From Gammaproteobacteria bacterium (GTDB lineage Bacteria; Pseudomonadota; Gammaproteobacteria; JAJPIJ01), in NCBI GenBank assembly GCA_041395385.1, contig JAWLAN010000014.1, positions 54,189 to 118,188 on the forward strand: DNA of 64,000 nucleotides, written 5' to 3'. The position numbers and the translations under genes are program-made. The notes under the pieces were generated by a model, which made no database searches, had not been told where the DNA came from, and worked only from the letters and a program-made list of their open reading frames with translations. Position 1 is the stretch's first letter. Every line of letters starts with the position of its first letter. Positions 1 through 9,318 of this stretch are shown here, piece after piece.

Positions 1-831
1 GTCCTCCGGCGCCGCCGCATGGATCGCCATTGCGACCATCGCCGCCTTGTTTTCCTGCGCCGGGTCATTGCCGTCCTCGCTGCGCTCCGCGGCGTAGGAG
101 AACATCGGCCGCAGCAGGTTCAACAGCGTATCGCCGTCCTTGAGGCGGTTGCTCAGGATCCTGGCGAGCTCCTCGTAATGCGCCTGCAGGCGGGCGCGCT
201 CCTCGGCCGGCAGCACAAGCTCGCGCCCGTGCCGCTCGACGCGCCGGGCAAGGTCCCCATGCCATTGCATGACGAACGCGACGCGCCCCGGCTGGAAGTC
301 CACTTCGGAGATGGCCCGCGCAACGTCGCTCGCCTCGCGGTAGCCCGCGACCGCCCGCGCGCGCCCGTGCGCGAACGCGAGCGCACTGCGCAGCAGCCAC
401 CCGGGGACCGGCACGCGTCCGACCCGCAGCGCGTCGACGGCCACGCCGCGCTCGGCGGGGCGCAGGCGCATCGACACGTTGCAGTACTCGCCGAACGGAT
501 TGCCGGGCGTCGGAACGGTCGCCTCGACCGTGGCGTGACCGGCCGCGAGCGCCGTCCGAGCCGCCGCACCCTTCACCAGCGGCAGCCGGGCCAGTATGTA
601 TTCGACGCCGAGATTGATATCGCGCTGGCTCAGCTCGATGCGGCGCGTCTCGCCCGCGCGCAGGTCACGCGGGTCGTTCTGCTCGAGCACGGTCTTGAGC
701 CGCTCGACGTCCTCGACCTCGATCTTCGCGTCGCCGGCGACGCGGGGGACAGCCTCGAACACCATCGGTGCCAGCACCAATGGGCCGAGGAGGATCGCGA
801 TCAGCGCCAGCCAGAATGCATACTTGAGCAT
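1..831 (-). CDS. hypothetical membrane-anchored protein (partial, runs off the left edge)
   Basis: Not in the ORF track because it is open to the window edge. My translation of the minus strand from the ATG at 831 gives 'MLKYAFWLALIAILLGPLVLAP...' with high GC3 codon usage and an N-terminal TM helix. It sits 27 nt downstream of the PQQ-dehydrogenase stop. The 317-aa plus-strand ORF 19..972 looks like its antisense shadow. Confidence 0.55.
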   Translation of the reverse strand, partial: MLKYAFWLALIAILLGPLVLAPMVFEAVPRVAGDAKIEVEDVERLKTVLEQNDPRDLRAGETRRIELSQRDINLGVEYILARLPLVKGAAARTALAAGHATVEATVPTPGNPFGEYCNVSMRLRPAERGVAVDALRVGRVPVPGWLLRSALAFAHGRARAVAGYREASDVARAISEVDFQPGRVAFVMQWHGDLARRVERHGRELVLPAEERARLQAHYEELARILSNRLKDGDTLLNLLRPMFSYAAERSEDGNDPAQENKAAMVAMAIHAAAPED

Positions 832-857
832 TCGCCACACCCGTGGGCACCCCGCGC

Positions 858-2642
858 CTATGGCTCGCCCTCCGGCAGGGCAAAGACGAGGAACCCGTCG
901 CCGGTCTTGAAGTTGAACAATGAATTCCCCCCTGCCGCCACCGCCACGTACTGCCTGCCTTCGGCCTCATAAACGACCGGCGGGGCGTTGACCCCGGCCT
1001 CAGCCTGGTAGCTCCACAGGCGCGCGCCGCTGTCGACGTCGAAGGCGCTGAAGCGGCCGTCGCCTTCCCCGGCGAACACCAGTCCGCCGGCGGTGACCGC
1101 CAGGCCGCCCAGCATCGGCTCCGGCATCCGCTGCTGCCAGCGTATTCGGCCGTTGGCCGCGTCGACGGCCGTCAGCGTGCCGCCGCGCTCGGACTTGGAC
1201 AGTTCCATGTACGTGTAGCTCGTCCACGGCATGCCGGGGGCGGGCGTGAGCGGTTTCGTGTAGTACGTCGCGGGATGGTGGACCCCTTCGATGAAATACG
1301 TGTGGGTCGCGCTGTCGTACGCGGCCGGCGACCATTGCCCTCCGCCCAGTATCGCCGGCGCGATCTCCACGCCCTCGACGGTGGGTCGCGCGAACAGGTT
1401 GCGTTGCGGGACGAACGGCTCGGATTTGTAGAGCAGCTCGCCCGTGCGCCGGTCGAGGACATACACCCAGCCGGTCTTGCCGGCCGCGGCCACGGCGGGG
1501 ATCGCGGTCCCGTCGCGTTGCACGGTGATGAGCACCGGCGGACTGGCGGCGTCGTAGCCCCAGCGATCGTGCGGCACCAGTTGATACGCCCACTTCAGCT
1601 CGCCGCTGTCGGCGTCCAGGGCCACGACGCTGCTGGTGTAGAGGTTGTCGCCCGGACGGGTCTGGTCATCCATCTGCGGGGCGGGATTGCCGGTGCCGAT
1701 GAAAAGCGTGCGCGTCTCGGTGTCGATGGCCGGTGTGGTCCAGATCGATCCGCCGCCGAGCCGCCACGCGTCCCGCCACTTCTCCGCCGCCGCCTTCTCC
1801 GCGTCGAGATCGCGGTTCAGCGCCACGCCGTCGGGCGTGCTCGCGCGCCACTCGCCCACCCAGCGCACGTCCTGCACGGTGTGCCAGCGCCAGAGCTCAC
1901 GGCCCGTCGCCGCCTCGTAGGCCGCCAGAAAGCCGCGCAGGCCGTTCTCGCCGCCGGAGAAGCCGACGACCGAGAGGGCGGCATCGCCCTTGTCCTTAAG
2001 ATCCAGGTGCAGTCCGTAGCCGGTGCCGGTGATGCCGACGTAGACCTTGCCGTCGAACACCTGCGGCGCCATGTTGGCGCTGTAGCCGGTGCCGCCGGTG
2101 ACGGTCGCGTCCTTGAACAGGGCCTCGCCGAGCAGCGGCGCCACCGCCTCGCGCACGCCGGGGTCGGTGTTGGTGATCTCGACGTCCCAGGCGACGGCGC
2201 CGGTCGCCGCCTCGAGCGCGATGAGCCGGTTGTCGATCGTCGCCATGTACACCCTGCCGCCGGACACGCCCGCGCCGCGATTGGCCGGTCCGCAACAGAA
2301 CTCCTCCGCGCGCAGCACGTGGTTGTAGCGCCAGATCTGCTCGCCGGTGGCGGCATTCAGCGCCAGCACGTCGTTGAAGGGGGTCGTGATGTACATGACG
2401 CCGTCGACCACGATCGGCGTTGTCTGGAAGGAGGCCTTCCGGCCGGTGTGGATCTTCCACGCCAGTTGCAGTTTGCCGACGTTCTCGCGCGTCACCTGCC
2501 GCAGCGGACTGAAGCGGGTGTTGCCGTAATCGTAGCCATGCAGCGGCCAGTCACCCTCGCCCGCACACGCCGCCGAAACCGCCAGCAGCGCGAGTAAACT
2601 CACGACCGCGTGCGCCACTCTCGACCTGGAACCCATGCTCAC
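858..2642 (-). CDS. PQQ-dependent dehydrogenase, methanol/ethanol (quinoprotein ADH) family, secreted
   Basis: 594 aa. It has a signal peptide ('LLALLAVSAACAG'), an N-terminal 'WPLHGYDYGNTRFSPLRQV...NVGKLQLAW' and the vicinal Cys pair 'FCCGPANRG' typical of quinoprotein alcohol dehydrogenases, plus repeated beta-propeller W motifs. Confidence 0.85.
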   Translation of the reverse strand: MSMGSRSRVAHAVVSLLALLAVSAACAGEGDWPLHGYDYGNTRFSPLRQVTRENVGKLQLAWKIHTGRKASFQTTPIVVDGVMYITTPFNDVLALNAATGEQIWRYNHVLRAEEFCCGPANRGAGVSGGRVYMATIDNRLIALEAATGAVAWDVEITNTDPGVREAVAPLLGEALFKDATVTGGTGYSANMAPQVFDGKVYVGITGTGYGLHLDLKDKGDAALSVVGFSGGENGLRGFLAAYEAATGRELWRWHTVQDVRWVGEWRASTPDGVALNRDLDAEKAAAEKWRDAWRLGGGSIWTTPAIDTETRTLFIGTGNPAPQMDDQTRPGDNLYTSSVVALDADSGELKWAYQLVPHDRWGYDAASPPVLITVQRDGTAIPAVAAAGKTGWVYVLDRRTGELLYKSEPFVPQRNLFARPTVEGVEIAPAILGGGQWSPAAYDSATHTYFIEGVHHPATYYTKPLTPAPGMPWTSYTYMELSKSERGGTLTAVDAANGRIRWQQRMPEPMLGGLAVTAGGLVFAGEGDGRFSAFDVDSGARLWSYQAEAGVNAPPVVYEAEGRQYVAVAAGGNSLFNFKTGDGFLVFALPEGEP

Positions 2643-3058
2643 TCCCCCTGAACGGTGACGATGACCTGCCGCGCGTGCGCGGCGAGGCGATGCTCATACA
2701 GATAAATCCCCTGCCAGGTGCCCAGCCGCAGGCGCGCCCCGCTCACCGGCAGCACGACGCCCGCATGCGTCAGCACCGAGCGCACGTGCGCGGGCATGTC
2801 GTCGCGCCCCTCGGCCGTGTGCCGGAAGAGCCGATCGCCGTCCGGCACCAGCCGGGCGAGATAGGCCTCCAGGTCGCGCAGCACCTGCGGGTCGGCGTTC
2901 TCGCAGACGATGAGCGAGGCGCTGGTGTGGCTGACGAAGACGTGGCAGGTGCCGACGCGCACGCCGCTCGCCCCGACCACGCGCTCGACCTGCGCGGTGA
3001 TGTCGTGCGCGCCGCGTCCAGCGGTGCGGATACTGATGGATTCCTGCGCCGCTGTCAT
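2639..3058 (-). CDS. YjbQ/UPF0047 family protein (secondary thiamine-phosphate synthase-like)
   Basis: The last 139 codons of the 369-aa track ORF: 'MTAAQESISIRTAGRGAHDITAQVE...CHVFVSHTSASLIVCENADPQV...GTWQGIYLYEHR'. The ATG at 3058 overlaps the upstream stop (ATGA), and its own stop overlaps the downstream start. Confidence 0.75.
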   Translation of the reverse strand: MTAAQESISIRTAGRGAHDITAQVERVVGASGVRVGTCHVFVSHTSASLIVCENADPQVLRDLEAYLARLVPDGDRLFRHTAEGRDDMPAHVRSVLTHAGVVLPVSGARLRLGTWQGIYLYEHRLAAHARQVIVTVQGE

Positions 3059-4086
3059 GCCGGCGACAGCGTGAAGACCGGGATCACCTCGCCCGTGGTC
3101 ACGCCGCGCCAGTTGCGGATCGGCGGCCGCGCATGGCGCTCCAGCGGCGTGTCGGCGAGCTCGCCCACCAGCCCGAGCTGGCGCAGCGTCTCGACGATGA
3201 CCACGTGCAGGGCGCGGGCCGCGCCGTCCGCAACCTTGATGGCGATGCCGATGCCGCGGCCCCGCACCAGCATCGCGTGCACCGCCTCGGCACCGCTCTT
3301 GGGCAGGAAATCGCCGTGGCCGGCATGCGCCAGGGCGAGGTCGATGCGCTTCATGCCCGAGACCATCTCCGGGTGCGCCACCATGGATTCGACGATGATT
3401 CGCGGCGCCTCGCCGTAGGTCTGGTCGGGTTCGGCACGTCCGAGCCGGGCGTAGGCGCGCGCCAGCGCGGCCAGAGGCAGCGCGAAGTTGGGCGCGCTGC
3501 AGCCGTCGATGCCGACCACGAGGTCCTCGGCGGGAACGCCGCTGAAGTGCGCCACCGCGGCGCGTATTGCCCGCTGCACCGGGTGATCGATTTCCACGTA
3601 GCTCTCGATCGGGGCCCCTAACAGCTCGCTCAGCGCCAGCATGCCGGTGTGCTTGCCGGAGCAGTTGTGGTGCACCGGCGCGTAGACGTCCTCGGCGCGG
3701 GGCCGGATGTCCATGGCCTCGAAATACAGCGGCGGATGCGTGCCGCACATCAGGTCCTGCTGTCTGCGTCCTATCTTTTGCAGCATCTCCGCCACCGTCT
3801 CGGCGTGCCGCGGCTCGCCGGAATGACTGGCGCAGCAGAGCGCGATCTCGCGGCTGTCGAAATGCAGCCGTGCGAACTCCGGATGCGCGATGAGCGGCAT
3901 GGCCTGGAAGGGCTTGAGGCTGGAGCGCGGGAAGATGACGGCCTCGCTGTCGCCGCAGGCGTGCAGGGTGCGGCCGCCGGCATCCACCACCGCGATCGAG
4001 CCGTAATGCACCGCCTCGACGATGCCGCCGCGTGTGGCCACCGCGAGCGGGACATGCCCCGGCACCCGCAGCGCGGCGCCCGTCAC
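3055..4086 (-). CDS. asparaginase (Asparaginase_II / rhizobial-type family)
   Basis: 343 aa. Motifs include 'AVIFPRSSLKPFQA', 'CCASHSGEPRH', 'HNCSGKHTGMLA' and 'GIDGCSAPNF'. Confidence 0.75.
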   Translation of the reverse strand: MTGAALRVPGHVPLAVATRGGIVEAVHYGSIAVVDAGGRTLHACGDSEAVIFPRSSLKPFQAMPLIAHPEFARLHFDSREIALCCASHSGEPRHAETVAEMLQKIGRRQQDLMCGTHPPLYFEAMDIRPRAEDVYAPVHHNCSGKHTGMLALSELLGAPIESYVEIDHPVQRAIRAAVAHFSGVPAEDLVVGIDGCSAPNFALPLAALARAYARLGRAEPDQTYGEAPRIIVESMVAHPEMVSGMKRIDLALAHAGHGDFLPKSGAEAVHAMLVRGRGIGIAIKVADGAARALHVVIVETLRQLGLVGELADTPLERHARPPIRNWRGVTTGEVIPVFTLSPA

Positions 4087-4655
4087 GGCAGCCGCACCAG
4101 CACTTCGTCCACCGGTTTGCGCGTCGTGGCCGGTACCTCCGCCGCGTAGCCGTACCAGAACAGCCCCACCACCGTTTCGCGCTCCGGGTCGACCCAGGTC
4201 AGCTCGAAGAAGCGCGGGTCATGAACGACCTGACCGGTCGTCCACTTCACGCCGACACCGGCGCTCCAGAGATACAGCATCATGTTCTGCGCCGCGCAGC
4301 AGCAGGCGGCATAGTCCTCCCGCGCCCGCACCGGGTCCTCCGATCGCTCGCAGGTCAGCAGCAGCCAGCCCGGCACGGCGCGCCACCGCTTGCGTTTTTT
4401 CGCCGCGCCCACGGCGTCGCCGCACTCCGCGATCATCTCGGCATTGAGGTCGGCAATGGCCTCTGCGGTCTCGCGCCCGAGCAGGTAGAAATGCCAGGGC
4501 TCGGTCAGGCGGTGGTTGGGCGCCCAGCGCGCCGCGTCGATGGCGGCGTGGATCAATTCCTGCGGCGGCAATTCGGCCTTGAAGTCGTGGATGGTGCGGC
4601 GCGTCGACAGCAGATGCGCGACGTTCTCCGCAGAGAGCGTGGGCTTCGGTTCCAT
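4083..4655 (-). CDS. nitroreductase family protein
   Basis: 190 aa. 'RRTIHDFKAELPPQELIHAAIDAARWAPNHRLTEPWHFYLL' is a typical nitroreductase N-terminus. There is a 4-nt overlap with the downstream gene. Confidence 0.7.
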   Translation of the reverse strand: MEPKPTLSAENVAHLLSTRRTIHDFKAELPPQELIHAAIDAARWAPNHRLTEPWHFYLLGRETAEAIADLNAEMIAECGDAVGAAKKRKRWRAVPGWLLLTCERSEDPVRAREDYAACCCAAQNMMLYLWSAGVGVKWTTGQVVHDPRFFELTWVDPERETVVGLFWYGYAAEVPATTRKPVDEVLVRLP

Positions 4656-4683
4656 GTAGGTGGTCCGGTCGTGGCCTATGATC

Positions 4684-5115
4684 TCACTGTTCGGCAGTCA
4701 GCCTCTCGAGGATGAGGCCATGAAAGATCGCCTCGCCCGCCTGGTAACGCCAGCCGAGGTGTCCGCCGCACTGTGCGCAGACGGCGATCTGCCACCGATA
4801 GCCCTCGAACCAGGTGTGCTCGGCGACGGGTTCGCCTACCGTCGCACAGCCGACCGCGTCACGAAAGCATCCGATCTCGTAGACCCAGCCGGAGGGATTG
4901 GCGAATCGATGGGCATGGCTGCCGCCGACCACGATGCGCTGCTCGGCCTCGGTGATGGCATGGCCGCATCGGGCGCAGCGCAGCCGCCGTCGCGGCCCGC
5001 GCCGGGTCTCGGCGCCGCGCTCGCGTTCCCGGACGCCCAGCTCGAACGCGCCGACCTTCAGGCAACGCCTGACCGCCGGGATTCCGTACGGGCGAACCTG
5101 TCGAGCTTGCTGCAT
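4684..5115 (-). CDS. cereblon-like CULT-domain protein
   Basis: Two CxxC pairs ('CARCGHAI' and 'CAQCGGHLGWRY') with an intervening 'HTWFEGYRW', as in bacterial cereblon isoforms. The true start may lie inside the 143-aa ORF. Confidence 0.6.
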   Translation of the reverse strand: MQQARQVRPYGIPAVRRCLKVGAFELGVRERERGAETRRGPRRRLRCARCGHAITEAEQRIVVGGSHAHRFANPSGWVYEIGCFRDAVGCATVGEPVAEHTWFEGYRWQIAVCAQCGGHLGWRYQAGEAIFHGLILERLTAEQ

Positions 5116-5154
5116 GCGCCGATCATAACGCCGATGGCGCGCACGGCGACCGCT

Positions 5155-5940
5155 TCAGCCGATGAGCATGCGGATGCCGACGATCGCCAGCACCGCCGCA
5201 AAGATCCGCCTGAGCGCCGCCATCGAGATCGCATGCGCCACGCGCGCCCCCAGCGGCGCGAAGACCACGCTCGCCAGCCCCGTCACGACGACCGCCGGCC
5301 AGTAGACGTATCCGCTCGCCCCCGCGGGCAGCCCGGCCGTGTGCAGCCCGGCCGCCACGTGGCTGAGCGTGGCGGCCAGCGCGATCGGCAGGCCGCAGGC
5401 GGCCGAGGTCGCGACCGCCTGGCGGATCCCGACGTTGCACCACACCAGGAAGGGAACGGTCATCGTGCCGCCGCCGATGCCCAGCACCGCCGAGAGTCCG
5501 CCGATGCCCGCGCCGACGGCCGCCATGGCCCCCGAGGACGGCAATGTGCGCGTCGGCCTGGGCTGCAGGCCGAAGGCAAGCTGCGCGGCGACCAGGAGCT
5601 CGAACAGCCCGAAGAAAATGCGCAGGGCGCTGCCCGCCAGCTGATCCGCGAGCACGCCCCCGGCGAGACTGCCGAGCACGATGCCCGGCGCGAATCGCGC
5701 GACCGCGGGCCATTGCACGGCACCGCGGCGGTGATGCGCCCAGGTCGAGACCGTCGCCGTCAGCACGACCGTGGCGAGCGAGGTGCCAATCGCCATGTGC
5801 ATGATCGCCTCGGGCAGGAATCCCAGGCCGCGGAAGATGAAGAAAAGCGCGGGCACCACCACGATGCCGCCACCCAGACCCAGCAGACCGCCGAGAAATC
5901 CCGCGAACACGCCGAGCAGCAGATAGATGAGTACCGTCAT
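5155..5940 (-). CDS. TauE/SafE family sulfite/anion exporter
   Basis: Starts at internal M81 of the track ORF ('MTVLIYLLLGVFAGFLGGLLGLGGGIVVVP'). It is polytopic, with a second 'LGIGGGTMTVPFL' repeat. Confidence 0.8.
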   Translation of the reverse strand: MTVLIYLLLGVFAGFLGGLLGLGGGIVVVPALFFIFRGLGFLPEAIMHMAIGTSLATVVLTATVSTWAHHRRGAVQWPAVARFAPGIVLGSLAGGVLADQLAGSALRIFFGLFELLVAAQLAFGLQPRPTRTLPSSGAMAAVGAGIGGLSAVLGIGGGTMTVPFLVWCNVGIRQAVATSAACGLPIALAATLSHVAAGLHTAGLPAGASGYVYWPAVVVTGLASVVFAPLGARVAHAISMAALRRIFAAVLAIVGIRMLIG

Positions 5941-6155
5941 GATGGGTTCGAGTCTCCGTGGCCCCGGGGCGAGCGGCCCCATGCGCCGCCGGCGGAATGA
6001 TCGCAGATCTCGCCGCGGATTTGCGCGCGCGGTGAGGCCGCGCTGACCGCTCGCGGCTCGCGGAACTCGCGTCGCATCGTAGCCCCGGCCGCGGCGCGGT
6101 GGCCATCCCGCGCCGGCGTCTTGTGCACGGACCACATGCCGGCAACAATGAGCGC

Positions 6156-8183
6156 ATGCGTGTCCACTGCTTGCCGCCATGGCAGCGCCGCACCGGTCGC
6201 GTCGTGCTGCTGCTCTGCGCCCTGACCACGGGCGCGACGGGACCGGCGTCCGCAGCCGCCGAGGCGGTGCGCGATCAGTTTCGCCGCGCCTACGCCGCCT
6301 TTCAGTCCAAGGACATCGCCAGGGGCAAGAGCCTGAGCGACGGTCTGGAGGACTACCTGCTCTATCCGCATCTGCAGTATGAGTCCTTGCGGCGCGAGCT
6401 GGAGAAGGGCGGTCCCGACGCTGCTCGCGCCGAGGTACGGCAGTTCCTCGCCGCCCATGCCGGGACGATGGTCGGTGAACGCCTGCGTACGCAATGGCTG
6501 ACGATGCTCGCCAAGCAGGGGCGATGGTCGGCGTTTCTCGAGGACTATGCCCGCCAGCAGAAGATCCCGCTGCGGTGTGCGCGCGTCCAGGCGCTGGCGG
6601 CGGCCGGCAATGTGCCCGAGTCCCTCGAGGCCGAGGCGCTCGAACTGTGGATGACCGGGGAGTCGCTGCCGCCGGAGTGCGATATCGTCGACGACTGGCT
6701 CGGCCGCAGGGACGCGTTGACCGCGGACCTCGTGCTGCGGCGTCTCGGCCTGGCGCTCGACGAGGGCAACATCGCGCTGGCGCGGCAACTTGCGCGCGCC
6801 CTGCCTGAATGGGATCCGGCGTTGCTGAAGGTCTGGCAGGACGTCGCCGGCGACCCCCGGACGCATCTCGGCAATCCGCTGCTGCGCGCCGACACGCCGG
6901 TCACCCGCGCCATCGTGCGCAGCGGCATCGAACGTCTCGCGCGCCGCGACGCCGGCAAGGCCTCCGCCGAGTGGCAGAAGCGACAGGAGGACTACCGGTT
7001 CAGTCCCGAGGAGCGGGGACGGATCGCCGCGACCATCGCCATCGCCGCCGTGCGCCAGGATCGCTCCGATGCGCTCGCGATCCTCGATGCGGTTCCGCAG
7101 GGTTACGCCGGCGCGGACCTGCAGCGTGCGCAGTTGATGGCGGCGCTGGAGCATCGCGACTGGGGCCGTATCGAGCGCTGGACCACGCAGCCTGCCGCCG
7201 CCGACATGAACGCCTCGCGCTGGCGGTACTGGCGCGCCCGCGCGCTGCAGCAGCTCGGCAGGCAGGGCGAGGCCGAGGCGCTCTACGGCCAACTGGTCCC
7301 GGAACGCGACTACTACGGCCTGATGTCGGCCGGCATACTCGGTGCCGACTACAGCTTCAATCACCGCCCCCTGCCCGTTTCCGCGGCGCAGGTGGACGCG
7401 TTCCTGGGCAGGCCGGGCATCGAGCGGGCGCGTGAGCTGCACGTCCTCGCGCTCGATGCGCCGGCGCGCGCGGAATGGACCTTCGAGATCGCGGACCTGG
7501 ACAGGCAGGGACTCATGGAGGCGGCGGCGGCGGCGCACCGGCTGCAGTGGCACGACCGCGCGATCGCCTCGCTCGGCAAGGCCAGGGAATACGACGATCT
7601 CGAGGTGCGGTTCCCGCTCGGCTACACCGACGTCGTCGAGCACTACGCGCGCGAGCGCGCCCTGGAGCCGGCCGTGATGCTGAGCTTCATCCGCTCCGAG
7701 AGCGCCTTCAATGAAGTGGCCCGCTCGCCTGCCGGGGCGCTCGGGCTGATGCAGGTCATGCCGGCCACGGGCAAGTTGACCGCCAGGCGCATCGGTCTCG
7801 CCTCGCACACGACTGCGGACCTGCTGCGCGCACGGTCCAACGTCATGATAGGCTCCGCCTACCTGCGCGACATGCTCGACAAGCACGGCGGCAACCTCGC
7901 GATGGCGGCCGCCGCGTACAACGCCGGCCCGCTGCGGGTGAAGAAATGGCGGCCGATGCGCGATTGCATCGAGGCCGACCTGTGGGTGGACACGATCCCG
8001 TTCACCGAGACACGCCGCTACGTGCGCAACATCCTCTTCTACACCGCACTGTACGAGATGCGGCTGCAGGAGAAGGTCCGGCCGCTGCGCGAGCGCGTGG
8101 CCTACGTCGCCGCGGAGAGCACCGCCCCGGCGAGCTGCGGCGCCGGTCCCGGGCTGGCGCAGCTGGGAGCGGGGTCGCCGTGA
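6156..8183 (+). CDS. slt: soluble lytic murein transglycosylase (Slt70-like)
   Basis: Signal peptide from M20 ('MRVHCL...LLLCALTTGATGPASA'). A superhelical N-terminal region is followed by the C-terminal SLT catalytic motifs 'SFIRSESAFN', 'GLMQVMPATG' and 'AAYNAGP'. Confidence 0.8.
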   Translation: MRVHCLPPWQRRTGRVVLLLCALTTGATGPASAAAEAVRDQFRRAYAAFQSKDIARGKSLSDGLEDYLLYPHLQYESLRRELEKGGPDAARAEVRQFLAAHAGTMVGERLRTQWLTMLAKQGRWSAFLEDYARQQKIPLRCARVQALAAAGNVPESLEAEALELWMTGESLPPECDIVDDWLGRRDALTADLVLRRLGLALDEGNIALARQLARALPEWDPALLKVWQDVAGDPRTHLGNPLLRADTPVTRAIVRSGIERLARRDAGKASAEWQKRQEDYRFSPEERGRIAATIAIAAVRQDRSDALAILDAVPQGYAGADLQRAQLMAALEHRDWGRIERWTTQPAAADMNASRWRYWRARALQQLGRQGEAEALYGQLVPERDYYGLMSAGILGADYSFNHRPLPVSAAQVDAFLGRPGIERARELHVLALDAPARAEWTFEIADLDRQGLMEAAAAAHRLQWHDRAIASLGKAREYDDLEVRFPLGYTDVVEHYARERALEPAVMLSFIRSESAFNEVARSPAGALGLMQVMPATGKLTARRIGLASHTTADLLRARSNVMIGSAYLRDMLDKHGGNLAMAAAAYNAGPLRVKKWRPMRDCIEADLWVDTIPFTETRRYVRNILFYTALYEMRLQEKVRPLRERVAYVAAESTAPASCGAGPGLAQLGAGSP

Positions 8184-8232
8184 GCCGCCGCCCGCGCCTT
8201 GCCGCGTAGAACCCGTCAGTCTGGAGGCATCG

Positions 8233-9204
8233 ATGCAGATCCGTAACGTTTGCGTACTGGGAGGCAGCGGTTTCGTCGGCCGCCACCTCGTCAACCGTCT
8301 GCACATGGAAGGTTGCCGCGTGCGCGTGCTGAGCCGCCATCGCGAGCGCAGCCGTCACCTGCTGGTGATCCCCACCGTGGAGGTCGTCGAGGTCGACGTT
8401 CACGACCCGATGCGGCTGCGCGAGGCGATGGACGGGGCCGATGCCGTCATCAACCTGGTCGGAATCCTCAACGAGCGCGGTGATCAGGGGCGCGGCTTCC
8501 ACAAGGCGCACGTCGAGCTCACCACGCGGGTCATCGATTTCTGCAAGCGCAACGGCACCAAGCGGCTGCTGCACATGAGCGCGCTGCACGCCTCGCCGCA
8601 GGGCCCGAGCAATTATCTGCGCAGCAAGGGCATCGCCGAGGAGCACGTGATGGCCGCCGCAGGCGCCGGGCTGCAGGTGACGGTGTTCCGGCCCTCGGTC
8701 ATCTTCGGGCCGGAGGACAGCTTTCTGAACCGCTTCGCCGGCCTGCTGCGGCTGTCCCCGGTGCTGCCGCTCGCCAAGCCCAACGCCCGCTTCGCGCCGG
8801 TCTACGTCGGCGACGTCGTGGAGGCCTACGCGCGCGCGCTGCGCGAGAAGACGACCTTCGGCAGGCGCTACGACCTGTGCGGCCCGCGCACCTACACCCT
8901 GCGCGAGCTGGTCCTCTACACCCGCGCCCTGGTCCGGTCGCGGGCCATGGTCATCGGCCTCGGGGATCTCCTGTCACGCCTGCAGGCCGGCGTCATGGAA
9001 TACGTGCCCGGCAAGCCACTTTCGCGCGACAACCTGCGTTCGTTGAGCATCGACAGCGTTTGCACCGGCGAGAACGGCCTCACGACGCTGGGGATCACGC
9101 CCACCGCCCTGGAGACCATCGCGCCACAATACCTCGCGCACCGCTACTCGCGGGCGCGCTACGCGGAGTACCGCAGCGAGGCGGGCCGCGCGCGCGCCTA
9201 TTGA
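8233..9204 (+). CDS. NAD(P)-binding SDR/epimerase family protein (NDUFA9-like)
   Basis: 323 aa with the Rossmann motif 'VLGGSGFVGRHLV'; 'SALHA...YLRSK' also fits this family. Confidence 0.7.
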   Translation: MQIRNVCVLGGSGFVGRHLVNRLHMEGCRVRVLSRHRERSRHLLVIPTVEVVEVDVHDPMRLREAMDGADAVINLVGILNERGDQGRGFHKAHVELTTRVIDFCKRNGTKRLLHMSALHASPQGPSNYLRSKGIAEEHVMAAAGAGLQVTVFRPSVIFGPEDSFLNRFAGLLRLSPVLPLAKPNARFAPVYVGDVVEAYARALREKTTFGRRYDLCGPRTYTLRELVLYTRALVRSRAMVIGLGDLLSRLQAGVMEYVPGKPLSRDNLRSLSIDSVCTGENGLTTLGITPTALETIAPQYLAHRYSRARYAEYRSEAGRARAY

Positions 9205-9318
9205 TGCGCCGCCCCCCAGCGGCGGCAGCGCGCGCCCGGGCCCGCAAGACCGGGCATCGGATGGCGATGCGCCAACCGCGCCGAGGTCCGCACCGGATCC
9301 GATGACGACCAACCCGCC

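Noticed and set aside
19-972. 317-aa plus-strand ORF at the left edge
   Set aside because: The opposite strand gives a cleaner protein (TM helix, sensible composition, high GC3) that continues the minus-strand operon. The plus-strand product is Arg/Ala-rich with no motifs.
2639-3748. 369-aa ORF fusing YjbQ to an upstream extension
   Set aside because: The extension overlaps the asparaginase gene out of frame and is Arg/Gly-rich. YjbQ begins at the ATG at 3058.
5937-8306. 789-aa minus-strand ORF
   Set aside because: It is antisense to the lytic transglycosylase gene and has low-complexity Arg/Gly/Ala-rich content.
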